From positions 24,656 to 88,655 of the IMG/VR virus record IMGVR_UViG_2565956686_000002: a stretch of 64,000 bases of DNA. One strand, 5' to 3'. Of this stretch, positions 19,331 through 29,071 are shown in pieces (the stretch's first letter is position 1; each line of letters opens with the position of its first letter). The notes beneath the pieces were generated by a model. That model did no database searches and was not told the origin of the DNA. It saw nothing but the letters and a program-made list of their open reading frames with translations. Position numbers and translations under genes: made by a program. This DNA is from a virus (taxonomy: Duplodnaviria > Caudoviricetes).

Positions 19331-19786
19331 ATGACTCAAGACAATAATGAAGAAATTGCACTAACAACCGATGTGGGTAGTGATGGTGATCTTCTTGTGG
19401 AGCAATTCTTAGGGTTCGCAGATAAAGATATTGGCGACGAAGAATTTGAAAAATTAATGGCTGGTCAAACGGTAGAAGGCGTAACAGCCTATAAACCAGC
19501 AACCTATTACAGAATTTCAGCCGATCCTAGCTCTACTGACTATAACGAACCTTTTGATATTCATCTCCATTTCCAAGATGGTCCAACATTTGTTGATGGT
19601 ATTAATGGCGCGACTAATGAATCGTTATTAAAGATCCTGATTCATCGCACCCAATACCTAGACAGTAAATTCCCATCAGACCAGAACAAACAAGCTATTG
19701 CTGCTATGCAATCGGCTTTGGATGCATTTGATGCACGCACAGCAGAACGTCAAGCGCGTGGTGTTGAAGGGCAACCAGTCGAATAA
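19331..19786 (+). CDS. tad1: Tad1-family anti-defence nucleotide-signal sponge
   Basis: FQDGP..GING.TNESLLKILIHR...FPSDQN..A....AL....RTAER.ARGVEG matches recalled Tad1 pattern. Confidence 0.75.
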   Translation: MTQDNNEEIALTTDVGSDGDLLVEQFLGFADKDIGDEEFEKLMAGQTVEGVTAYKPATYYRISADPSSTDYNEPFDIHLHFQDGPTFVDGINGATNESLLKILIHRTQYLDSKFPSDQNKQAIAAMQSALDAFDARTAERQARGVEGQPVE

Positions 19787-19798
19787 CCGTTTGAACTC

Positions 19799-19831
19799 AG
19801 CCCTTTGCAAATTTGCTTAGGGCTTTTTTTT
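19799..19831 (+). terminator. Intrinsic terminator
   Basis: AGCCCT..GCAA/TTGC..AGGGCT plus T tract. Confidence 0.65.
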
Positions 19832-19849
19832 CTTACTGAGGATATTGAA

Positions 19850-20047
19850 ATGCGTATGAGCAGAATAATGATAGCTAGTGCTATTGGAATGATGGCAAGT
19901 AGGATTGGTTCGGCAGTTGAAGCGACTCCTTTATTAGGAGGTTCTGTTTCTCCATTCATGTTTGAGACTAAAGCAGTCGGCAGCAAACCAAACAAAGTTA
20001 GTCAAAAGAAACGCCGTATGAATGCACGCCGTAAGGGGCATAAATAA
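19850..20047 (+). CDS. Small basic protein
   Basis: GAGG RBS; Lys/Arg-rich C-terminus. Confidence 0.55.
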   Translation: MRMSRIMIASAIGMMASRIGSAVEATPLLGGSVSPFMFETKAVGSKPNKVSQKKRRMNARRKGHK

Positions 20048-20059
20048 AGGGGTATAAGG

Positions 20060-20320
20060 ATGAGTTGGATAGTTTCATTTTTATTAGGTCTTGTATTTAT
20101 AGCAACTTGTAGCATTTGGATCGTTGCCATTATTGCTTCATATCAAGTTCAAAATTATTTGGACATTGAAGAAATAGTAATTGATGAGGAAATAACCAAA
20201 GAGTTTAAACCTTTACTGGCAGAAGCACTTAAAAATATGGAGCCTGTGAAGATCCATCCTTTTACTGAACTGCCGAAGGTTAAAGCTTCTAATGAACTTC
20301 CTATTATTAAAGTTAGGTAA
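20060..20320 (+). CDS. Small membrane-anchored protein
   Basis: N-terminal TM helix, AGGGG RBS. Confidence 0.55.
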   Translation: MSWIVSFLLGLVFIATCSIWIVAIIASYQVQNYLDIEEIVIDEEITKEFKPLLAEALKNMEPVKIHPFTELPKVKASNELPIIKVR

Positions 20321-20335
20321 TAGAGGTAATTTTAA

Positions 20336-20629
20336 ATGAATCAATATCAATCTAAACAAATTACTGTACAAGCTATTAGCGTATTGAACGCACTTGAGTT
20401 GTCTAAAAATGATTGGAGTAAATTACCTGGATGGTTTAAAAAACACTTCCAGCAAGGAAATATTCTAATAGGTGCTAAAGAGATATTGGTCAGTGCTAAA
20501 GGATTTAATCATTGGGCAAGAGTGGAACACGTAATTTTGAATCATTGCAATAACTCATTGGAAGTTATTAAACAATCTGATTTTGATGAGAAATTTGATC
20601 TTTTAGGTGGTGAAGATAATGCTAACTAG
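20336..20629 (+). CDS. Small phage protein (divergent YRKKPV..IEA family)
   Basis: YQSKQITVQA...LPGWF...DFDEKFD pattern; GAGG RBS. Confidence 0.5.
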   Translation: MNQYQSKQITVQAISVLNALELSKNDWSKLPGWFKKHFQQGNILIGAKEILVSAKGFNHWARVEHVILNHCNNSLEVIKQSDFDEKFDLLGGEDNAN

Positions 20630-20849
20630 AATTTACTGTAGTAAACACCAAACCTCGCAATATGTAGATTTAGCGGAAATTGATTCAATCGAAGTTTCAG
20701 ACTCAGATTATGGCCGTGGTGGTTATACATATGGAAAAAGTGAATATTCCAGTGTAATGATTGGACTCAAAAGTGGTCATTCTTTAAATATGACAATTAA
20801 AACCGCAGATATTGAAAAGCTTTTAGTGTTGGAACACAACAAAATTTAG
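20619..20849 (+). CDS. Small hypothetical protein
   Basis: GGTGG RBS, overlap with upstream gene. Confidence 0.5.
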   Translation: MLTRIYCSKHQTSQYVDLAEIDSIEVSDSDYGRGGYTYGKSEYSSVMIGLKSGHSLNMTIKTADIEKLLVLEHNKI

Positions 20850-20870
20850 CCTTAACCAGACTGCAAAAAT
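20830..20870 (+). promoter_or_regulatory. Putative late promoter (TGGAAC...AAAAAT)
   Basis: +39 spacing; hairpin GCCCTAATA/TATTGGGGC before ATG 20903. Confidence 0.7.
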
Positions 20871-20902
20871 GGCCCTAATACATAATCTATTGGGGCTTTT
20901 TC

Positions 20903-21826
20903 ATGTCTGAAACGGGTCGAAAAACGAAAAGGATTACATACAATCTTCATGAACGTGGTCGCAGTCATTTGGGGAAGGACCGCAGCAATGTTGATATGAA
21001 TGAAATGATCAGACAGATCAATAGTCCACAAGTACAAGAAATGGTTAAAACAGGGACTTTGTACGGCTATAACGGTCATGAAATTCGCAAACGTTATGGG
21101 ATGAATCCGCCTGATTCAGTCATTATTGATGGCAAGGTGGTTTATTTAGAACGCTCATTTAGAACAATCGAAGCTCATGCAGATAAAAACGGCAATGTTA
21201 CTCATGTTACTGAGTTCTTAGATAACGAATCGGGTGAATATGCGCGGAAACAATATCTTGCGCGTGTAGGTGGATTTAGTTCGGCACAAAACTATAAGCG
21301 AGCTGGCTTAGGTTTAATCCCCGTGGGGTTTTATGGCTTTGATTATGTGACACAGCCGAACTACACAACCAATGTTGGTGATGGTCAATTATTTGATGGC
21401 TTAGCCATTCCAGTTGAACAGGATGGATTAATTGCAGCGTTTGATAGCACCACGGACGTTAATTTACTTTCGCCGTCAGAGGCAATGATTGCTCATTTAC
21501 TAGAACAGCAAATTGTACGTGACTTTGACAATATCCACGCTCAACTACAGCTTTTACAAATGAATGGTCAAGCACTAGACCAAATTGAGGAATTAGCTGA
21601 TCAAATAGCACGTAAAGAGAAACGACAAGCGATTCAAGATCAACGGGAACAAGATTTATGTTCTGGCTTAGTTGGTGAAGTACGATCATTTGATTCTGTT
21701 TGCGCTGAAGCTGAAGAACGTCTTACAGCAAGTGATTTAGCACGTATGCGAATCAGCGGTGAAACACCTAAAAACAACAAAGCAAGACCACGCATTTTTA
21801 AGAGTATGTTTGGATTTGGAGGGTAA
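20903..21826 (+). CDS. Prohead maturation protease (P1 Pro-like)
   Basis: LYGYNGH, NGNVTH, GGFSSA, GFDYVTQPNY motifs resemble recalled P1 Pro. Confidence 0.75.
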   Translation: MSETGRKTKRITYNLHERGRSHLGKDRSNVDMNEMIRQINSPQVQEMVKTGTLYGYNGHEIRKRYGMNPPDSVIIDGKVVYLERSFRTIEAHADKNGNVTHVTEFLDNESGEYARKQYLARVGGFSSAQNYKRAGLGLIPVGFYGFDYVTQPNYTTNVGDGQLFDGLAIPVEQDGLIAAFDSTTDVNLLSPSEAMIAHLLEQQIVRDFDNIHAQLQLLQMNGQALDQIEELADQIARKEKRQAIQDQREQDLCSGLVGEVRSFDSVCAEAEERLTASDLARMRISGETPKNNKARPRIFKSMFGFGG

Positions 21827-21832
21827 TCACTT

Positions 21833-22639
21833 ATGTCATTACCTAAAGACTCACTCAAATGTATTCAAGATGCTTGGTATAAGCTTTTAGTCGATTTTCG
21901 GGCATGGTATATGCCTGAAACCATTCAGACAGAAGAATGGAAAAAGCGAGATATTCGAACAGCAATCAAGAGTTGCCCGTCTCGAATGATGGATGACTCA
22001 GAAGCAATGCTTGCAGAATATCGCAAAAGCCAAAATGCAGAAGTTGTAGCTGGAGCAACGGCATTCATGCCTATTATGTTGACTGCTACAGCGATGTTAG
22101 ATCAACCGCCTGATACGATGCAGCTTTTACCAATGCCTTATTTTGTGCCTGTAGTGATCGGCGATAAGCAAGTAAAAATCCGACTCATCGCCAAAACAGT
22201 TAGAGCACAACTAGCTTTCTACGCAACCAATGCACACGATGCGCGTTCTGTATGCGATCAATTTTGCACTTATGTACAAGATGAAGATAAACGCCGTTTC
22301 CAAGTGCCTTTTGATATGGGCATGAATCATATTGAAAAAAGCACATTTACCATAGTTGAGAATCAATTGTTTCCTTCGCCTGTGCCTAGCGAAGCAATTA
22401 ACCTGTCTATCTTCACGATTGATGCTCAATTAGTAGGCTATGCACCACAAATTATAGGACTTGGTGGTCCTAACGATAATACGACGGACAACGGCTACAA
22501 TCCGGACGGTTCAGTAGTTGATAAGCCAATTCAGGATCTAGTTGTCATTCAGGCTGATCAATTCTCAAGTGATGGCCATGCACGTGTTTTAGCAGATCGT
22601 GAAACTGGCGATATTACAGTGGAGCGTATCGATGACTGA
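21833..22639 (+). CDS. Virion protein (P1 gp24-like tail completion/stability)
   Basis: Context and recalled similarity. Confidence 0.5.
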   Translation: MSLPKDSLKCIQDAWYKLLVDFRAWYMPETIQTEEWKKRDIRTAIKSCPSRMMDDSEAMLAEYRKSQNAEVVAGATAFMPIMLTATAMLDQPPDTMQLLPMPYFVPVVIGDKQVKIRLIAKTVRAQLAFYATNAHDARSVCDQFCTYVQDEDKRRFQVPFDMGMNHIEKSTFTIVENQLFPSPVPSEAINLSIFTIDAQLVGYAPQIIGLGGPNDNTTDNGYNPDGSVVDKPIQDLVVIQADQFSSDGHARVLADRETGDITVERIDD

Positions 22640-23141
22640 AATTATTAAGATTGATGCGCGTGTAACTGGATTCTCTAATGATGAAATACGATTGATTAGT
22701 CTTTGTTTTGCAGATTCTGGTCAAATACTTGTCCAAAAAACAGATATTTTCACGGCTTTACCTTTACGTCCAGATCAACAAGCAGACACGATCGTAGTGA
22801 CGGATTCACCGAATTTAATCCAAAATTGGCAATTAAAATTTGACGCACAGCAGCATTTAGAAGAAGTGATCAAGGTCTATCAGGCAAGCTTTAGAGCTGG
22901 TTTGGTTGAGTTTGAGAAGTCATTAGAACGTTATAACCCAATGAATATTTTACAGGTGCGTAAGATTGATAAAAACGGACCACAGCAAGAGTTTGATAGT
23001 AGCTCACTAGATAACGGACATATTGCTGCACTGATTTCGATATGGGCAAGTCATAAAATCGCTATTTCTCATGCAGTCACATCAAAAGAGGAAGTTAAAG
23101 AAGAATACATCGATAGAACCATGTTGCCTTTTAGTATTTAA
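22632..23141 (+). CDS. Phage hypothetical protein
   Basis: GGAG RBS before ATG 22632. Confidence 0.6.
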   Translation: MTEIIKIDARVTGFSNDEIRLISLCFADSGQILVQKTDIFTALPLRPDQQADTIVVTDSPNLIQNWQLKFDAQQHLEEVIKVYQASFRAGLVEFEKSLERYNPMNILQVRKIDKNGPQQEFDSSSLDNGHIAALISIWASHKIAISHAVTSKEEVKEEYIDRTMLPFSI

Positions 23142-23176
23142 CAAGGCACTCATACCTTGTTAAATTGAAGCGTTTC

Positions 23177-23572
23177 TTAAGCTAGCTTTTTTTGTTCGAT
23201 AATAGCATCTGGTCTTAATTCATCACACTTAACATCACCTAACGAGTCAAACTTGAAAGTTTTCTTAATGGTAACGATCCCAACATTTGTATCATTAGCA
23301 TTGATATAGACTGGTGTACCATGTCGTGCAGTAGGCGTACTATCATCATCTTTAGTTGTTAAAAATGGTACATAACAGGCTGCTTTAAAGTTATTTGGGT
23401 TTTTAACGATAACATTCCAATATCTATAACCATCATTCCAGCTATTCATTCTCTCTATATCGATCAGTTTAACAACACTACCAGGTGCACCTCGGACTTC
23501 TGCTTGAGCAGCTGGACTAAAGAAAATTAAAGTAGATAACGCACCTAAAATTAATTGTTTAAAAAATCCCAT
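23177..23572 (-). CDS. Secreted protein (moron)
   Basis: Signal peptide ending AQA, AGGAG RBS, antisense to late genes. Confidence 0.7.
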   Translation of the reverse strand: MGFFKQLILGALSTLIFFSPAAQAEVRGAPGSVVKLIDIERMNSWNDGYRYWNVIVKNPNNFKAACYVPFLTTKDDDSTPTARHGTPVYINANDTNVGIVTIKKTFKFDSLGDVKCDELRPDAIIEQKKLA

Positions 23573-23669
23573 AATGTGTCTCCTAAAACTAACTCCAAAT
23601 AAATATTATATGAGTTGAAGATAAAAATAATACTCCTCATATGAGGTTGTTTTAAATTTGACAAATAAT

Positions 23670-23710
23670 TGGAACAATTCAAAATAACAATAAATTTAGA
23701 AACTTAGAAT
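23670..23710 (+). promoter_or_regulatory. Putative late promoter (TGGAAC...TAGAAT)
   Basis: +39 spacing; imperfect hairpin ending about 23739. Confidence 0.7.
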
Positions 23711-23740
23711 GAAAAATAAAATCCAATTTCATCTAGTTTA

Positions 23741-25729
23741 ATGGCCTTAAAACCGCTTAAAGACATCCCAGAATGGTGGGAACTCTGCGCACGTTATCGT
23801 TATGACATTTATGCCTTTGCAGTAGAGGCATTAGGTGTTACACCGACATGGCAGCAAGAGTTACTTTTCGAATCAATCCAGTTTGATGGTAGTCGAACAT
23901 CTGTAGCTTCAGGTCATGGTTGCTTTGGTAAAGGCACAAAAATACGTTTAGCCAATGGAAAGTGGAAACGTGTTGAAGAAATAACAATAAATGATGCGGT
24001 TATGGGCACGGATGGCTTCTCACCACGGGAGGTCATTAAAGTTGTTCAGGGATACCAAGAGCTTTACCAGTTTGAATATGCCAATGGTTCAAAGCATATC
24101 TATAACAAATCTCACATTCTTTGTTTAGTTTCTCTTGAAACAAAAAACGGTTGGAAAGCTGGCGATACCATTGAAGTCCTGGTATCGAAATACCTTGAAT
24201 GGCCTGAAGAAACCAAGCGCCAATTTGCTGCATATGAACTAAAACATAGAAAATTCCAGCCTGTAAAAATTAACAATGTCACAGCCTTGGGAGAGGGTGA
24301 TTATTACGGCTTTGTCCTTGATGGTGATGCAACTTTTCTAACCGCGGATGGCATGGTTCACCATAACACGGGTAAAACTGCATCGGCTGGTATCGTTGCT
24401 TTATGGCATCTATTGTTCTTTGATGAATCCATTACGATGTTCACTGCTCCTCAAATCGGGCAGTTAAAAAAACAAGTCTGGAAAGAAATCAGTATAAACC
24501 TGTCACGTCTTAAGGCTGGCCCACTTGGTTGGCTTGCAGATTATGTCGGTTATCAGTCTGAATTGGTCTATATCAAAGGCTATAAAGAAAAGTGGTATGT
24601 CTTTGCCAAAACAGCACCTAAGCATCAGCCAACTAACTTGGCAGGGAACCATGCTGATAATTACTTGCTTTGGGGTGATGAGGCAAGTGGTATTCCTGAT
24701 GAGGTTATGGATGTTGTCCTTGGCGCATTGACGCATGAGGATAACAGAGCTGTTTTAACTTCACAGCCGACACGTAACGCAGGTTTATTCTATGAAACGC
24801 ATCATAAATTAAGCCATAGAGCTGGTGGAATATGGATTGCTTTAACGTTCAATGGTGAAGAATCACCACTTGTAAGTAAGCAATCATTAGGAGAACAACG
24901 ACAAAAATACGGGAGCCGTGACGATCCACAATACCAAATCCGTGTTTTAGGACAATTCCCAGACCGTGCCGATGAATTCCTGATCACAAAACGACAAGCC
25001 GAAGAAATGTATGTCGGTGCATCGATTTTTGAGGAACACATTTTTGGATACGTGATTACGGTCGACGTGGGCGGTGGTGTTGGTCGAGATGATTCTGTTA
25101 TTGCAGTGTCTAAAGTTTGGGGTGAGGCTCAATGGGGAGATAGAGCACGCCGTGTTGAGGTTGTAGATGTTCCACTCTGTAAGAACAAGGATGACATCAC
25201 AGAGCTATTTGCCAAAATCAATGAATGTATTTTGAAATATCCGAACGCAACCTTGGTTGTTGATGATAATGGCGCTGGTAAAGGTTTAGGGCAACTGCTT
25301 AAGAAGCATGGTATTTGGTACATGCCTGTTTATTGGGGCGGTGCTTGCTTCAATAATGACAATCGAAAAGAGTATGTGAACAAACGTGCATTGGCTTATG
25401 TTTGTCTGAAACGCGCGATTGAAACTGGTCGTTTCAAAGTCAAAACTAAGAAATTCTTAGTGAAGGTTCAAGAGCAGATTATCAAGATACCTTACACTTT
25501 TGATGAGCACAGTCGTTACAAGATTCTAAGTAAAGATGAAATGAAACGGAAAGGGATTAAATCGCCCGATCTTGGTGATGTTTTTGCATTCTTATTCTTA
25601 GAAAATGTGTTCTATACAGAAGCCTTTGAGAATGTCGTCATTGCAGATGATAGTCCTGAAGCACAGGAACGTGCAGAGCGTAAATCTAGGTTTGACAAGT
25701 TGAAAGAGGCAGCGAAGAACATTGATTGA
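23741..25729 (+). CDS. pacB: Terminase large subunit (PacB-like) with intein
   Basis: Split Walker A SGHG/TGKT, Walker B GDEASG, RNase H-like VDVGGG, SPDLGD. Confidence 0.92.
   Translation: MALKPLKDIPEWWELCARYRYDIYAFAVEALGVTPTWQQELLFESIQFDGSRTSVASGHGCFGKGTKIRLANGKWKRVEEITINDAVMGTDGFSPREVIKVVQGYQELYQFEYANGSKHIYNKSHILCLVSLETKNGWKAGDTIEVLVSKYLEWPEETKRQFAAYELKHRKFQPVKINNVTALGEGDYYGFVLDGDATFLTADGMVHHNTGKTASAGIVALWHLLFFDESITMFTAPQIGQLKKQVWKEISINLSRLKAGPLGWLADYVGYQSELVYIKGYKEKWYVFAKTAPKHQPTNLAGNHADNYLLWGDEASGIPDEVMDVVLGALTHEDNRAVLTSQPTRNAGLFYETHHKLSHRAGGIWIALTFNGEESPLVSKQSLGEQRQKYGSRDDPQYQIRVLGQFPDRADEFLITKRQAEEMYVGASIFEEHIFGYVITVDVGGGVGRDDSVIAVSKVWGEAQWGDRARRVEVVDVPLCKNKDDITELFAKINECILKYPNATLVVDDNGAGKGLGQLLKKHGIWYMPVYWGGACFNNDNRKEYVNKRALAYVCLKRAIETGRFKVKTKKFLVKVQEQIIKIPYTFDEHSRYKILSKDEMKRKGIKSPDLGDVFAFLFLENVFYTEAFENVVIADDSPEAQERAERKSRFDKLKEAAKNID
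23921..24367 (+). mobile_element. Mini-intein (149 aa, no homing endonuclease)
   Basis: Starts CFGKGT, has SHIL block B, ends HHN followed by Thr. Confidence 0.9.
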
Positions 25730-25730
25730 T

Positions 25731-25771
25731 TGGAACTGAATACCTAAGAAGCAATTCTAAAATACCAAAAT
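25731..25771 (+). promoter_or_regulatory. Putative late promoter (TGGAAC...CAAAAT)
   Basis: +39 spacing. Confidence 0.7.
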
Positions 25772-25796
25772 AGCTATAGTGATAAATAGGTGATCT

Positions 25797-26732
25797 ATGG
25801 CTATTCAGTTTTATTTAACTAATGCAGGGAAAAACGCAGTTCTCAATGCTGCTAGTATAGGTTTAAATGTTTCATTGAGGCATATCGCTATTGGTTCAGG
25901 TAAATATGATCCTTCAAATCCTATGTCATTAACCAATACGGCACTTGTATCTGAAATTGAGCGCTATCCTTTAAATGGAGGAAGTGTAGAGCCTAATTCT
26001 CAAACTTTAAGATTTATTGCAAATATTGAACCATCTCAAACAGCAGATGGTTATGAAATAGGGCTAATTACTGATCAGGGTGTTTTATTTGCTATTGCAG
26101 CTACAACTTTCAATACTCCATTAATTCGATTAGTTGCGAATATTGTTTCAATAATTTCGCTTGGAATGTTACTAACGAATATTGATATTTCAAATTTAAA
26201 GATAAGTATTGATCCATCTACGCCGATCATGGTCGCCTTAATGAATCAGCACTTAGAACATAATAATCCACATCCTCAATATGCTCTTATTTCAGCATTA
26301 AAGAATGCATTAGACCGTATAGAAGTATTAGAAAATAGAATTGTAGAAGATATTAAAATTGGGGATATTTACGTAACAACGAACAATTTTGCTAATAGTG
26401 ATGAAGTTGCAGCGCACAAAAAGTATGGAAAATGGGGACGAATTGCTGAAGGTAAGACCTTAGTCGGTTTGTCAACTAACCTAAGTGATCCTAGTTGGAC
26501 AAGAATTGTTGGTACAGAATATGGTGAATATACACACAAGCTAACAATTGATGAAATGCCAAAGCATGAGCATGAGTTCCCATCACAACAACAAGATAAC
26601 TACGATAACTCAGCGGTAACTAATACGAGCGATAATGGGAATAGATTTAAAACGAGTTCCGCTGGTGGAGATCAACCTCACAATAACGTTCAACCTTCTA
26701 AGGTTGTAGGTATGTGGCTACGAATAGCCTGA
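25797..26732 (+). CDS. Tail fibre/collar protein
   Basis: LTNAG, HIAIGSG, EIGL..QGVLFA N-terminus; HKLTIDEMPKHEH...PHNNVQP C-terminus. Confidence 0.78.
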   Translation: MAIQFYLTNAGKNAVLNAASIGLNVSLRHIAIGSGKYDPSNPMSLTNTALVSEIERYPLNGGSVEPNSQTLRFIANIEPSQTADGYEIGLITDQGVLFAIAATTFNTPLIRLVANIVSIISLGMLLTNIDISNLKISIDPSTPIMVALMNQHLEHNNPHPQYALISALKNALDRIEVLENRIVEDIKIGDIYVTTNNFANSDEVAAHKKYGKWGRIAEGKTLVGLSTNLSDPSWTRIVGTEYGEYTHKLTIDEMPKHEHEFPSQQQDNYDNSAVTNTSDNGNRFKTSSAGGDQPHNNVQPSKVVGMWLRIA

Positions 26733-26767
26733 ACTCATTTAATTACGTGTATTACAGGTAATCTACA

Positions 26768-27040
26768 ATGATTAATGAATATCGAAATGCGATCAGAGAC
26801 CTAATCAATAAGAACATTCAGCAGGGAAAGCTGAATAGTCTTATTGTCTGGGATGTCAAATCAGATGAAGCACAAGATCCAACATTATTGAGCTTCAGGA
26901 TTTATGGTTCACGTAATCACACAGATGTGATTCAGGTCGCTTGTGGTGTGTCTGGAATTTGGGAAAAGTTACCTGAAAAACGAATTGCAGTACCTTTAAT
27001 CTCTGACGTAATGCGCTTACGCCGTGAATACCAGATGTAG
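26768..27040 (+). CDS. Baseplate LysM/X-like protein (P1 gp26-like)
   Basis: DPTLLSFRIYG motif. Confidence 0.55.
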   Translation: MINEYRNAIRDLINKNIQQGKLNSLIVWDVKSDEAQDPTLLSFRIYGSRNHTDVIQVACGVSGIWEKLPEKRIAVPLISDVMRLRREYQM

Positions 27041-27048
27041 GTGTCAGC

Positions 27049-28197
27049 ATGTCGAATAATGAAGTATTTCAAGATGCATACAATCAAATGCAAGAAGCAC
27101 TTAAAAACGGCAAATTGCGTCGATATGCTAATAATCAGTTTAGTCGCAATGAATCGCAACGAAATAAGGAGTTTAATCGCGATTTTAAACGACCAGCTCC
27201 AAAGTTTCTAACCACTAATGATATTGATGATGTTAAGAACTATGATGCAGGACAAATCCTAAGACTGACCCTTGGTAATCAAGGTGGCATCATTGAGTTG
27301 GATACTCAGGATTTACGTGCATTTAAGCAGAATATTGAATTTATTGAATCCCTATATAAAAAGAAGGGTAAAAAAGGTGTTGTTAGTAAAGGAATCACAG
27401 CCAAGCAAATTATTGATGCTAGTCATCCTGATGATGTAGATCGTGCAAATAAACAGATTTATATAGCTGCGCCATTAAGTCAAAAAAATGGTGTAGTTCA
27501 TTTTTTAACAAATGCTGGTCCACAAAGCAAAGTTCAAAATCATCATGTGCATGTTGAATTTCTTGCGTTTCAAAATTTAAAAAACACAATAGGATATACA
27601 GCACAAAATGCCAAAAACTTACTTAATTTTGGTCGATTAAAATTTGAATGTGATTGTGAGCGACATGATTTTTTTGGATATCGCTATATTGCAACGATTG
27701 GTGGTTATGGCTATGGTCGACCAGAACATGGCTATCCCAAAATCCGTAACGAGCTTTTAGTTGGCGTTGCATGTAAGCATGTATTGCGTGTAATGGACTA
27801 TATTCGCTCACCAATGGGTATTGCTTATATATCAAAACAAATAGAAAAGGCGCGAATTAAGAAAACAACAAAACAAGATGAAGAACGTCAATATTCAACC
27901 GATGTACAGATTCAAGATCAGCTTGATCAACAAGGTAGCCCTCGAACAATCAAAGCAGATCATGCTGCTGCTGAGCGGCGAATGATGCGTAAATCACAAG
28001 AGATGGCAAAAAAACATTGGGCTAAGGATTTAAAAGAACTCAAAAAACTCACTGATAAATTATCTGATGTTACTGATATGCAATCCAAGCAGTTACAAGC
28101 AAGGCAGCAAGCTTTAGGAAAAGGGTTATCTGAACAAGAACTTGTAGCAGTAGAGGCATACATTACAAACATGATGGCTCAACGAGGTAAAAACTAA
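27049..28197 (+). CDS. SWIM-like zinc-finger phage protein (P1 gp25-like)
   Basis: FECDCERH...YRYIAT...YPKIRN...VACKHV. Confidence 0.65.
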   Translation: MSNNEVFQDAYNQMQEALKNGKLRRYANNQFSRNESQRNKEFNRDFKRPAPKFLTTNDIDDVKNYDAGQILRLTLGNQGGIIELDTQDLRAFKQNIEFIESLYKKKGKKGVVSKGITAKQIIDASHPDDVDRANKQIYIAAPLSQKNGVVHFLTNAGPQSKVQNHHVHVEFLAFQNLKNTIGYTAQNAKNLLNFGRLKFECDCERHDFFGYRYIATIGGYGYGRPEHGYPKIRNELLVGVACKHVLRVMDYIRSPMGIAYISKQIEKARIKKTTKQDEERQYSTDVQIQDQLDQQGSPRTIKADHAAAERRMMRKSQEMAKKHWAKDLKELKKLTDKLSDVTDMQSKQLQARQQALGKGLSEQELVAVEAYITNMMAQRGKN

Positions 28198-29069
28198 TGC
28201 TAAATAGTGCAGTCAATCGAGTAGCAAATGGCCGTCATTTAGCTGCAAGACGTGTTGTCATGAATACGCTAGGGAGTATTCCAAGCCAAGTATGGCGTAA
28301 GCGAATTGTGTATAGCAATCCAGCAGATGCTGGTCTACCTGTAGATCCGCTTTCATTCGAAGCGAATGCCTTATCAATCCAAGATGAACCCAATTATGAA
28401 TATGATCATTTAGGTTTTGCCTATGTTCTTGCAGACAAGTTTAACGGGGGGATGATTCATAAAAATAACAGTATGAATAACCCAAGTGATTTGACCTTAA
28501 TTGTTCAAATTGCTGCTTACAATGCTGATTTAGATACTTTGACAGAGCAGATTAATGAGATACCAGATACGCAATTTCAAGAGGGTGATTTGCTGGCTTT
28601 GATGATCTATGAAGGATTCATTGTATGGTTTGAAATCGTTGGAATTACTGGGCAAACCTTGATGTCAGACTTTGGTAAAAAGTATGTTTTAAACCGCCGT
28701 GATGAGTTAGGTATTGATCCGATTCAGAGCGAAGTAGAGTTAAGGGTGGCCATCAAAGTGTTAAGAGATCTAATAGAGTTCAGACGAGGCGAAGTTTTTA
28801 ACACAGGAATTAGCTTTACTGACAAAGAAAATAATCAAAGTCTTGAACTTACTGATGATATGCAGATCACAGCTCAAGTGAAATCAAATGCTGGTCAACT
28901 GATTGCTACGTTGGATGTTCAAAAAGATAGTGATCAAATCGGGCGTGTTTGGGTGGAATCAATAGCAGATAGTAGCCAATGGCCGTTAGATTATGCCCAG
29001 TTAGAAGTCACAATTAAGCAAAATGATGTCGTCATAGGCGAACATATATTGCCTTTCAAAGTGGTGTAA
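28197..29069 (+). CDS. Head-tail/neck protein with C-terminal beta-sandwich domain
   Basis: Context; C-terminal FRRGE...ITAQVK...WP module. Confidence 0.45.
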   Translation: MLNSAVNRVANGRHLAARRVVMNTLGSIPSQVWRKRIVYSNPADAGLPVDPLSFEANALSIQDEPNYEYDHLGFAYVLADKFNGGMIHKNNSMNNPSDLTLIVQIAAYNADLDTLTEQINEIPDTQFQEGDLLALMIYEGFIVWFEIVGITGQTLMSDFGKKYVLNRRDELGIDPIQSEVELRVAIKVLRDLIEFRRGEVFNTGISFTDKENNQSLELTDDMQITAQVKSNAGQLIATLDVQKDSDQIGRVWVESIADSSQWPLDYAQLEVTIKQNDVVIGEHILPFKVV

Positions 29070-29071
29070 CC

